Positions 37,801 to 49,400 of a stretch of 64,000 nucleotides of DNA are shown here, one piece after another (the stretch's first letter is position 1; every line of letters starts with the position of its first letter). The notes under the pieces are model-generated. The model did not search any database, was not told the DNA's origin, and worked only from the letters and a program-made list of their open reading frames with translations. A program made the position numbers and the translations under genes. Source of the stretch: Lingula anatina (lineage: Eukaryota; Animalia; Brachiopoda); the NCBI GenBank assembly GCA_051362555.1, contig CM120641.1:48056401-48120400 (forward strand). Direction: 5' to 3'.

Positions 37801-40800
37801 AAGGCCCGGATCAAATCTAATCCTATGCATAAAAAGCCCAGACCCCATGTTTATAACGCCCTGGCTGGGCCCATTCTTTATGGTGTCTTTGTATTGTTAA
37901 CAGCATAATGAACAAGTTAAATGACCAAGTAAATTGGCCAAGCTGCCAGTTTGTTTGTATGGCATGTGCAGGGGATGTCTTAGATCAAGGCACATATTAT
38001 GATACTTACTAGTACAGGTGTGGCAAATGAGATATACTTGTATTTCATTACCTGTGATTTGTAAAATACATCAGAGGATGATACTTTTAAAGATGTTTAA
38101 TGTTTAAAGAAAAGACATGTAGATTGATTTAGTAACATTTACTAAGGTGGGCTTCATTTGTGCCTTGATCTAAGACAACCCCTGCACATGCCATACAAAC
38201 AAACTGGCAGCTTGGCCAATTAACTTGGTCAATTAACTTGGTCATTTAACTTGCCCATTATGCTGTTAACAATGCAAAGACACCATAAAGAATGGACCCA
38301 GCCAGGGCGTAATAAACATGGGGTCTGGGCTTTTTACGCATGGGACTAGATTTGGTCCGGGCCTTTGACACACACACACACACACACACGCACACACACA
38401 CACACATATATATATCGTATTCATGTTACGGAAGTAAGAGGAAGTAAGAGATAGAAAAGTGGACAAAAAGATAATAAAAATAAAAGAAATACCTGCCTGC
38501 AGTTTATCATGTTAATTTATATTGTAATTCTTTTATTGAGACAGTGTGCCTATATCACGTTGTACCAACGCCAGGGAAATGGTTCTATTTTAAGGCGACA
38601 ATAAGTCCTTTCTCCTAATTGTTTCATGCACCAAGCTGTCTAGCTTAATTTTCTTCTTCAGAGTTGATAACATTTTCTTAACCGACCTTTGAGGCAGACA
38701 TTTGAAATCATGGAAGGTAGCACTGCCCCTGGAGGTAACTTAGACATTGTTCGATAAATTTGCACTATGCATTTTAAAAGCGATGGCTGACATTGATCTT
38801 TGCACTCAATAATGGTATCAAAGCGGTGTTCGTAGGTGTTCAGGTCAAAGAGAGATTTGAGAAACCGATTCTGCGATTTTACCCTCTAATCACAAGGAGG
38901 GCGTCGTGGATAAAATGACATTTGTGTAAATGCAGTTCAGTGAACACTAAATATGTATCTGTTATCCAACACATGTTCGTAAAGGCAGGTATTAATGTTA
39001 TTTTTCCACTTCTGCCTTCAGGAAACCGTTATTTGATAATAATTGTAGCAGTGTGTGCAATTGTCGCCGTAGTAGCTATAGTTGTAGCTGTAGTGGCAGT
39101 GTCGAGATCCTCGACCACTCCAAACATCACCATCCAAGGCGACCAAACGACAATAGGTGGCAGCACCTTTGGACAAGGATCGTCTGCTGGGAGTTCTGTT
39201 TGGAGCTCAGCCTCATCATCATCTGGAGGACGGATCTTCACGATCGCGACAGGGCATGACGTTGGTATTTATGAATATCTGTAGGTAGACTTTTCTGTGT
39301 TGAAATTAAATACCTGCCGATGCAAATCAGAAAATCAGATAGCGAATAGTTATGCTTATGCAGTATCCCCAAAAGCAATTTTGACTCTCAGTGTTTATCT
39401 CAATTCAATGTGGTGGCAACTGTGATCAGTGTTTCTGTCATTCAAGCAAACATTTTTTCAGTGTTCTTTAAAGAAATTCAAATTCATTCAATGTTGAGGA
39501 CTGGGGTCATTTCAGTCATTAAGAATTAATTATTAGAACGGTAATCAAAACCACAAATCAATTTATTTAGAAAAACATGTTTGGGGACAAATAATACATA
39601 CGGCCGATACAGGGTAAGTATGTATATTGAACAACAAAAAAAAAAGATTTTTCAATAGTTTTACTTCAGAAACTAGAAAAGCGCTAGGAGACTGCAGACC
39701 TCCGTCAACAAAATTCAGTTCTCATTTTAGTATTTATTATTGATCAATTTATCAAAGGATTGACTAAATTCTCATTATTGATTTATTAAAGATGCATACA
39801 AAGTCAATTTTTTTGTCACAAAAACCAACCAAATGCCAGCATATAGTTTAAAGTAGTATAACTAAGAGAATTACCAAAAGGCATTGTTTAATTTTACCCG
39901 AAAATGATATTTGAACGGATTTTTCTGCTGGCATTCTAAGCTGTATGTCAATGGGGCAGGAAAGTAGGTCGCGAAAGTAGGTTAAATTTACAACCAAAAA
40001 CTTAAAGAAAGGAGCAGTCTTTTATGGCTGATCGAGTGATCTTTTCAGTTTATCCCTTGGCATGTCGAATTTATTTGAGTCATATAAGAATCTAGTAGAA
40101 GAGGTTTACATGTGTCACTGGGAATCCACGCTCCACTGATGCTCGGTTCGTATGTACCTTTAACTGATTGATTTTTTTCATGAAAATCTTTCCAAAACTT
40201 TTTCGGGTGATATTTCTAACAGATAGACATGCGTTATGACTTAACTAATTAATTGATCAATGGATCACAAAATGTTATTTTTGTTGCCCGTTCCTTTCCA
40301 GATTATGAAATATTAATCACAACTTTTTCCATATTGTTAACAGACAGAGAGACAGACAGACAGATATAGACTCTACAAGCTGACAGACGGACTAAAAAAT
40401 TATAAACTTTACCTATTATATTGGCGTACAGGTGCAAGAATGTTCCATTAAGTTTTTAGTTACTGCTTTGTTTCATATTGAGAAAATTTATTTTTATGAA
40501 CATAGCGAGGTTTCTCGAAAATTAGCAATAGAGACTAGGATGGTCTAACTGAAACAAATATTGTCACCTCTGAAACTTGTAATCACATATATAGGCCTAC
40601 CTATGATGTTTTTTTTTTATTTTCAGAGACACCTCTGGCTACTTGGCAGGCTTCCATTATGATTTAATCGACGCGGGTAAACCAACATTTCATTGCTATC
40701 GACATGCTAATGGTTTATTGCAGTTTTCAAGAAATTTAGTCGATGATTAAATTTCAGTCGTACACTGTATCGCCCACTTTGCAATACAACAACTTAGTTA

Positions 40801-43800
40801 AATTTGTTCGTTGACAAATTATTCAAGTTGATATGTTAGGTCTAAATTGCAAGCACACAATCTTAATGTGTCCTAGCTTGAACTTGACCTTTGACTTACT
40901 GCACTCTGAAATTTCCTAGAACTTACATCTCCAAAACTCAGAAATATAAGCATAGGAAATCATATATTGGGCATCTTAATGTGACCTTAAATTTGACCTT
41001 TGACCTACTTTTCCTCATCAAATGCACTCTGCATATTTGCCCGCCCCAAAATTCTCCACAACCAAATCAGATACAACCATACCATTTTTAAACATTTCAC
41101 AGTGTGTACGGAGGCCGGTATGGACTGTCGTACTGTATGGGACAAGTATAACAACTGCTGGGACTCCACCCCAGGACAACCCTCACACGGCGGCCAGGGT
41201 ACGTGGGTTGTTTTCTAGATTTCTCATTGACAGCGCCATTTGTTTTTTCTCAAATTCTTCAGAACAATCGTCGTACCTTCGCAGAAAGCTATAAAAGCGA
41301 CAAAAGATATTGTTCAACAGAACTCTATCAAAAGTTGACCTTGAACAAAACCTTTGGCCTACTTTGACAAAGTTTTTTTGAGTGAAACTCCACCAAATAA
41401 ACAATATTTGCCTGTTTTACAAAAACAAACAGATATTGCTAATTTTTATACTATTGTCTTAATTCAGTGAATAGCACGACTTTATTCTAATCCAAAATAT
41501 TATGAAATATTACAAAATATTATAAAAAGTTAGTCTGAACAAGATAACCTTATGGATATTTTGGAATCAACATTACCCTTGTAAATATTGCCTACCAACA
41601 TGATTGTAGAGGTTGCCTTCAATCACATTTCAGGATTGATGGGCCGGTGGTACGATGCTTGCACCGGCTGGTATAGAACTATAGACAGGATTCAGGTGTT
41701 CAGTTTCACTTCGACATTCACCAAACCCCCGTTCAGCTATTTGTATGTCAGGACGGGCAACGCTCCTTCGTTTCCTTCCAGAAATTTAGCTAACAAGAAA
41801 GTCGGTAAAAAAACATTTATTGGCAAAGCTTATATCTCTGATACTTATAACTGTATTAAACAGAAACTGAGATGAACAATTTTGTGTCCATGATATTGTC
41901 AGTTTTTCATAGAAGTATTCCATTCGCACGGTGTAAATATAACCACTTAGTTACAATGATGTTTTTTCCAAACAACAGAAACTATACTCAGTAAATTCAG
42001 GCAGTTGTTTATGATCTTGTAAGTTTTTCACCAAGAATTTCATCAGTACTTACTGACATACAAACTGATTGCCTCATGCAACAGATGAACTCGGCAAATT
42101 CAAGATATTGCTTCAAATGCAATTGTTTTTTTCCTGTTGTAAGAAACTGACATACAGGAATGGTTGTTTGAAGAGATTATTATTGCAGCTTGGTTTGATT
42201 TCTCTTTGAATAAGTCCTTGTAACAGAGTTCGTGCCATGCAGCAAGTGTCAGTGTATAACGTCACCCATTTAGGTGCGCATCATGCTAAAACAGTGAATG
42301 AAATTGAATTAGAAGATTAATTCATTGGCTTTTTAAAGGTTTAGGAGATGGTTGGGCTAGTGACGAAAGGTGTCTAGCCAGATGGACTGACGTCAAGGGT
42401 CAGGACAATATGACCATCATCCATGTTCAGAACCCTGGGGATATCGTGACCAAGTTGAAAAGTGGCGAAGTAAGATATTTAACATGTTCATTTTCGATCT
42501 TAGAATGTAGTTATGTAGATATAATTAAGGTTCAGATATTGGAAAGAAAAACGCAATTTGACTTTGTGATAGGGTAGTAGTAGTAGTACTAGTGTATTGA
42601 ATACAGGTAGTAGTAGTAGTATTCATTAATACTGTGAAATTCCATATTAGTTTTAAAAAGTATTATGTATTGTTATTTAGTCTGGTGGGAAAAAGTGGAC
42701 CACGTTCAAACCCGTAGCAAACAACGAGAACATACATTTTTCTAATCCTTGATGTCTTAGTTCTTATATTTCTAGGTGTTCCTTGAGCGAACTATTTAAT
42801 GGAGTTTAACAGTTTATTTTACAGTTTGTAACTTAAATAAATGACACAAGTACTGTGCTAAAGAGGAGGGTAGGGGAAGAGAATCATTAATAGGATAGGG
42901 TCTAAATAAGACCGACACGACATTTAAATGAAGCCTCATTGCAACATACAGTATTTCTCCGCATCAGCAAAATATCAGGCCTGCTGCAAATTTGCAGCGA
43001 ATTTGCAGCAATATTACAGCAAACTGCAATTCCTTCTTGCAATTTGCTGGAATGTGTAAGCAAATAAGCAGCAATAAAAATTTTCTTGCAAACTCCTGCA
43101 AACTCGTTGCAGCAAGCTTTTAGTTTTTAGTTTGCAACAGAGATATCGTTTTGCTCAGGGATATGGGAACACCACACCTAGAAATAAAAAACTTAGACAT
43201 CAAGAGTTATAAAAATATATGTTCTGTTTGTTTGCAACAGGGTTGCACCCTGCCACACTTATTATAAACTTTCCAATTAACAGAAATGTGCTGCAAGTTA
43301 TGTATACCCCTTACAGATAGATGTAGCGTTTGCATCTGCCCTAGACATGTCGGGGTATACCTCAAGAACCAACCCTGAGATAGAAATAGTCCCCGGGGGC
43401 GGGTTTTCTTGCGTTCTGGCCGGGACCGGGATGATGGCAAGGAAAGACAGTGATTTCATCGCAAAATGGAACGCGGGTTTCAGCAAACTGGTCACCAGCG
43501 GGAAGTTTAAGAAATTATGCGACGCCGCAGCCGTAGAACACGGTGAGTCACGTGCTATGTATACATGTATATCTGAATATAGACCTGTGAAACATGCGTT
43601 TTCAAGCTTCGGACATCAACTGGGGCATTCTGAAATGGGATATCCGGCATGGAAGGACGGGGGCAGGGGTGGGAAGTGATGGAGGAGAAATACGCTTTAA
43701 AGAATTTTGTTTTTCTTGGTCCTTGTTACTCTTTTCTAATCAGCAAATGAAGAGCAACAAGCAGATGCACTGGAAATAGATGAATTGTTTCCTAAAGATA

Positions 43801-43958
43801 GTAATCATAATTGTCAGTCGGCAATGAGTGGTCTCATATTGTCATATTTCATATTTTCTCAGATTTTGTTAAGAATATGTTATTCTGCTTTTTATTAAAT
43901 CAAAGTTTTAAAATGTCTTCTAGGTTCTCGTGGTTACTTGGACTGCGTCGACAGCTAA
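32834..43958 (+). CDS. Membrane-anchored SBP3-like protein, copy 2 (exon 1 has a 2-nt deletion; possibly a pseudogene or uses an alternative first exon)
   Basis: Exons 32834-32853 (20 nt versus 22 nt in paralogues), 39022-39280, 40627-40676, 41103-41198, 41634-41804, 42339-42469, 43317-43542, 43924-43958. Exons 2-8 are open with intact splice sites. Confidence 0.72.
33308..33827. mobile_element. Non-autonomous TIR element (TAGTC termini)
   Basis: TAGTCGAA...CCTTGCAATGTTCTTTCCTGCAAAC is inverted with GTTTACAGAAGAAAACATTGCAGGG...TTCGACTA; internal inverted AATATGGCCGTCAATTTATGAG; absent from units 1 and 3. Confidence 0.6.
34166..35059. mobile_element. Kolobok-like TTAA MITE (related to 39790-40159)
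   Basis: First ~130 bp align with 39790-39920; starts after TAA/TTAA with AGATGCAT and ends ATGTAACC-TTAA. The right boundary is approximate. Confidence 0.5.
36088..37745 (-). mobile_element. Degenerate Tc1/mariner DNA transposon
   Basis: 28-bp TIR CAGACTTGACATTTAATATGGAATATTT, TA on both sides. Broken minus-strand transposase: VAFFIEVRFHL (VLFSDESRF-like), VSIWSRF, LPWSSKSPHLNHIDNI (WPxxSPDLNPIEN-like). Confidence 0.9.
37746..37798. repeat. (TA)n microsatellite at the Tc1 right end
   Basis: About 26 perfect TA units. Confidence 0.95.
37798..38370. mobile_element. Foldback MITE with ~200-bp arms, between (TA)n and (CA)n tracts
   Basis: 37798-37993 is inverted with about 38160-38368 (TCAAAGGCCCGGA... 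/ ...TCCGGGCCTTTGACA). Confidence 0.85.
39790..40159. mobile_element. Kolobok-like MITE with TTAA TSD
   Basis: AGATGCATAC...GTATGTACCT flanked by TTAA; the paralogous intron of copy 3 (about 48620) has a single TTAA. Confidence 0.85.
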
Positions 43959-44845
43959 CAATGTCATAAGATAGATCAATAAAGGGGCGGAAAGCAGACG
44001 AGAAGAGAAATTACAAAGAGAAAAAGAGATAAGGCAGATCCCAAGCACCAAGAACAAACTAAACCTGTCAAAAAGTTAATTTCTACCTGTTTATTGCGTT
44101 TTTCACAGAGAAAGCGGTCTCATGGTTGGGCTGGGTGTGATAGAAGTACACGTTCAGTATACTGTATATCACCGTCATTATTTTGTTCACATAGAGTAAC
44201 CCTTCGTGAAATAAGAACCATTGACAAAACGAGAGGAACTTTCTATTCTCACCTCAATATAACTGGAACTCATTTCTTATAACAATGTCAAGAACATAGC
44301 CATAGAAAAACCTGATCAGACAATGAATGTACTCTGAAAAACCTCACTGACCGCTCAATCCAAAAATGAATCATGCCTGAGAACCTTTAACGTATATACT
44401 ATAACTAACTATAACTGAAAGGCAAAATACCCATCAATGACAATAATCCTCATGTCTTATTTAATTGGCTTATTTAATATATTTTGTTTAAACATTTATG
44501 TAAAACTTGAAGTGTAAAGATCCTGTTAAATGTGTCCGTAAAAAATTAATTCCCCAAAAGATTATTATTGACCCTATCTGGAGCTTTAGGATAGTCGCCC
44601 AGTGAACTTTTCTTTTGTGTCTTACATAAGAATGGGTTATTCCACGAAGTGGACGTTTTGTGTAATGTTTTGACTTGTTTCATTATTTTCATTTTTTTAC
44701 TGTTGTATTTGCAACAAAGAATTAGTTTATCTTTTGAAATTTATTGTAGATAGTTCTGATCCTGTCTGATTGTTGTACATATCAAGAGCTACGATGTAAT
44801 TTATAGAACTTGTTATGGGGGCCATTTCACTAGATACTTAAATTA

Positions 44846-45014
44846 CATGGGCGGATTGAGGCCGTCTTCTGGGTCTTCCAGGAGACGGTCAGATTTTCAA
44901 GTTTACATTAATAGGTATCTTATTTTTTTCTGTTGGAAGACGGTTAAAATTGGAGGATGGATCAATAAAGATAATTTGGAAGACTGTCAGAAAATAGCTC
45001 TGGATCCGCCCCTG
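44846..45014. mobile_element. Same MITE family as 25275-25443, independent insertion
   Basis: CATGGGCGGAT...ATCCGCCCCTG with AATTA on both sides; absent at the paralogous site near 23915. Confidence 0.8.
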
Positions 45015-45583
45015 AATTATATAATTATATAATGAACTGTTTTTGTTTTGATACATCTTTCTCATGAACACTCAACCACTGAAGGCATAAAAACAAAATG
45101 AATGAATCAATGTTTTGGTAGCAAGAATTTCCTCAAATAATTATCCTTGATAAATATAGCATCAGAGTTTATTGTCAACTAGAGAAGTACCCACCCAAAG
45201 GACGCGTGAGACTCGAGGAAATGAACGGGTAGAACAGGGTTTCGAAGAGTAAAGCACATATATTGTAGAAAAATGCTGAATAATATATCAAAATTTCAGA
45301 TTTTTTTCGTCTTGTTATGAAAATATATGCATTTGTGTGAACACCCTCCACGTTTCACCTTCAGTACTTTATGTGGTCCTGTCCCAGTTAAATGCGCTGG
45401 TGCTCGACCAAAAAAAAAAAAAAAAAAGGCGGAATATCGCGAAGTCACCCACACAGAAGAGATAAATTGAAACAATCCTCTGCACTATAGCATTCATCTG
45501 CCGTCTCAAGTTATTTGAAATGTTAGCGGTATAGTATATAATAGTGTAAGAGGATTGTTTCAATTTAACTCTGAAGCTCAGGG

Positions 45584-45844
45584 CTGTGGCGGATTTAGGG
45601 GGGTCCTGACCCCCCCCCCCCCCCCCTTTCGATTTCTGACTATAATTCACACCAATGGTCCCCTCTTGAAATTAGAATTTTAACTAGCTGAATTAGTTCT
45701 AAACAGTACCAAATGAAACCGTTTGCCCTCTAAAATACCAAAATTTAGGGCCCTTCAGCGGGCCCCGAGCCCCACCCAAGGATTTGCATCCGAGGCCTGT
45801 CATTCCTAAAAATTGACCCCTTTCCAATCTTGGATCCGCGCCTG
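45584..45844. mobile_element. hAT-like MITE with 5-bp TSD CAGGG (right half also at 32083-32227)
   Basis: CTGTGGCGGAT...ATCCGCGCCTG flanked by CAGGG at 45579-45583 and 45845-45849. Confidence 0.8.
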
Positions 45845-46410
45845 CAGGGTTCGCGAGGTAGACCACGTTGCGCCATGCCTCCCTACGCCCTTCACGCTTC
45901 AGTACTAAATTTTGCCGCTCAGCGACGCTGTTGTTATCACCGAACGCCTCCCACCGTATGGCGTCTACTTGCAGAGAACGATGTTCGGAAATCGTCGTCT
46001 AAAGCTGTGAGATGGTGGCAGTTACGTGGATTTGACACATCTTCGACAATGTCCGTTTGTGCACGGTGGCATAGCACGGGCATTCACTGCAATCGAGATA
46101 AACAGGACCAAAGCTGGGCCTCTTCTCTTTCACTATATAAATGCACTTCTCACTATATAAATGCAGAGTAAATATATATTTTTTTATTATCATCATATTC
46201 ACAAACCAAAAGCACTTGGTGAAACGAATATCACTTGTAAAAAGCAAGCTTTACAATTTCCATATTTTTTGTCTCTATTTCTCTGCTTGTTGTATTTAAA
46301 ACAATTAAAACAAACATAATTTGTACCTGCTCAAACATTGTACTTTTACGAGAAGAGGTGGAGTACCAAATAAACGTAACCGCACACTCGAGCGAAGCAT
46401 AGTGTGGAAA

Positions 46411-49400
46411 ATGGCATTAAACATTCACACCAGTAAGTATTTTTAGTTCTGAATCTCGATAGTTAATTCTCTGAAGAAGGTGATTTTAGTCGACTTATTG
46501 GAGTGTCACTACGATGTACATACATTTTTATAACTTAGTTAACATGTCTTGTAGAGATTATATTTGCAACGATACATAGACGTGCTCGACCTTGCACTTC
46601 GCTGCCAGAGATAGGCCCTGTTTGTCTACTTGAACTGTGTTTTTAAATAGATTTGTATCAATTCAGTCAATTTTGCTTAATTTATAACAGATATTGTTTT
46701 CAATTACAATTGCTAGGTGTAAGAATTTTTCACAAAAGTTATAAAACCACTGAAACGTTTCTCCCATTCTATACGTATTTCAACTTTGTGCTTGGGATAT
46801 CACCTAAAATATGTCGGCTACTATATATTTTACAGCACAGCACAGCACCGCTTGTCCATTATTATTTCTGGCCATTCTCTCTTCTGTATCTCGCTTGGTT
46901 CAACGCTAACTCACGACACTCAAAAGTCGTTCGGTTGATTCCCATCACCGTCATTGATACATTTTTCAAAGCATATGGTGCAACTGAAAGGCCTATTAAA
47001 TGCACCTAATGTCATGATTAAGCAATGTCCTTGATCTAATGTTGTTTTTGTTTGTCTTATCCCTCCCATAACCCCAACACTAAAACACAACCGACAGCAC
47101 ATACTAAGATGTTTTTTTTTGTGTTCTGGTTGCGTAGTAATGTCAGCAGATGTCATGAATTATAACCAGTTTTAATCATGCTTAAATGACAGCACCGCAG
47201 CAGGTGGGGAGAGATGAGGAATGTGCATGTTTGGGTGCCCGCGCGTGCGTGTGCGTGTATGTGTTTGTGTGTGTGCGCGCAAATGTTTGCATCCTTTTTG
47301 TTTTTATTACCTTTCCATTTGCTTGCTGCTTGTTTTACGTTGTCTGGCTCATTTTACTTCTAGCCTTCTTAAACGTGCTCTGTTTCTTAAAATACATTTA
47401 CTTATTTTTTATCCAAAGCGTACGTGAAGGCAGGGACTAAAGAGTTTTTGTCTCTTCTGTATGAAGCGTTAAGTTTATGATGCCATTTTTGTGTTTCTTA
47501 AAAGGTACTCTTATATACTCTGTAGAGATAGGTTTTGTAGATTCCGTTTCACTGCTCTTCTGTTGCTTGTGCCTTTCCATTATATTATAACCCCTAGATT
47601 TAATCTGCCATCCACTTTTTTTTTAAATCTTGAACCAAAAACTAAGTAGACTTACAGCTGTTTTTTTTTTAGAAGCACGTTATTATGTTTATACTTCGCA
47701 TTCAGTTCTTATTACCATTAAAATTTTATTAAATTTGAATTTTGAGGTTTGCATCTATTATAACTGTCAACCAAATGATACTAATCATCAATGTTATTTT
47801 CTTAATTCGTCCTTCAGGAAACCGCATTTTGATAGTACTGGTAGCAGTGTGTGCAATCGTCGCCGTGATAGCTATAGTTATAGCTGTAGTGGCAGTGTCG
47901 AGATCCTCGACCACTCCAAACATCACCATCCAAGGCGACCAAACGACAATAGGTGGCAGCACCTCTGGACAAGGATCGTCTGTTTGGAGTTCTGCTGGGA
48001 TCTCGGGCTCATCATCAAGAGGACGAATCTTCACGATCGCCACAGGACATGACTGGGGCGCTCACGAATATATGTAGGTAGATTTTTCTGTATTAAAGCA
48101 CCGGTAAATTTTAAAAATTAACTCTGCTGATGCAAATCAGATAGTGAATAGATATGCTTATGCTGTAGGCCCCTATCCCCCAAAACCAATTTTGATTCTC
48201 AATATTTATATCATTCAATGTTGTGGCGACTCTGATAAATATTTCTGTTATTCACACAAATTATTTTTTCAGTGTTCTTAAAAAAAATCAAATTCATTTA
48301 ATGTACAGGACTGACATTTCAGTCATTAAAAATACATGTATTTATTAGAATGGTACAGAGTTAATCAAAACCACGAAATCACTTAATTTAGAACAACATT
48401 GTTCGGGGGCATATTCTACATACAGGGTAAGTAAGAATATTGTACACCGATATATTAAAAGTGAATTTTATTAAGATTTTTCAAAAGTTAAACTTTAGAA
48501 ACTAGAAAAGCGCTTGGAGACTGCAGACCTCTGCCAACGCAATTCAATTCTCATTCTCATTAATTATTAATTATTTATCCATTTATCAAAGGATTGACTA
48601 AATTCTCATTATTGATTTATTAACTGATTGGATAGTTTATGGCTCTTGAAATTTTCATGAAAATCTTTCCAAAACTTTTCGGGTGATATTTCTAACAGAT
48701 AAACATACGTTATGAATTACCTAACTAATTAATCGATAAATGGATCACCACTTCCTTTCCAGATTGTGAAATATTCATCACAACTTTTTCCATAATATTG
48801 CTAACAGACAGAGAGACAGACAGACAGACAGACAGATATAGACTCAAAAATTATAAACTTTACCTACGTCTTGACGTACAGGTACAAGTACAGTATGTTC
48901 CATTAAGTTTTCAGTTACTGCTTATTTCATTTTGAGGAATTTATTTTCATGAACATAATGTTGCTTCTCTTAAATCAGCAATAGAGACTAGGATGGTCAA
49001 ATATTATCACCTATGAAACATGTGCTTAAATGCGTAATCACATATACTTGTGATGTTTTAATTTTCAGAGACACCTCTGGCTACTTGGCAGGCTTCCATT
49101 ATGATTTAATCGACGCGGGTAAATCGACATTTCATTGCTAATGGTTATCGCAATTTTTTAGAAATGTACTCGCCTTAAAGCCCAGTCTAACTGTATCACT
49201 AGTCTCACTTTGCAATACCACTATTTAGCTTAATTTGTTCGTTGACAAATTATCCAAGTTGATATATGTTAGGTTAGGTCTAAATTGCAAGCACACAATC
49301 TTAATGTGGCCTAGCTTGAATTTGACCTTTGACTGACTGCACTCTGAAATTTCCCAGAACTTATATCTCCTAAACTAGCAGGGATATAAGCATAGGAAAT

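Larger units (their letters stand above)
44720..47820 (+). repeat. Segmental duplicate of about 23790-26835 (POLA2 3' UTR/terminator through SBP intron 1)
   Basis: Colinear similarity by eye, e.g. 23800 CTTTTGAAAT...GGGGGCCATTTCACTAGATACTTAAA versus 44731; 24513-25740 also recurs at 32228-33290. Confidence 0.9.

Noticed and set aside
39671-40430. Possible Helentron-associated (HINE/pearl-like) element with a (GACA)n tract, also at about 48500-48880
   Set aside because: Suggestive only; termini and diagnostic hairpins could not be defined by eye.
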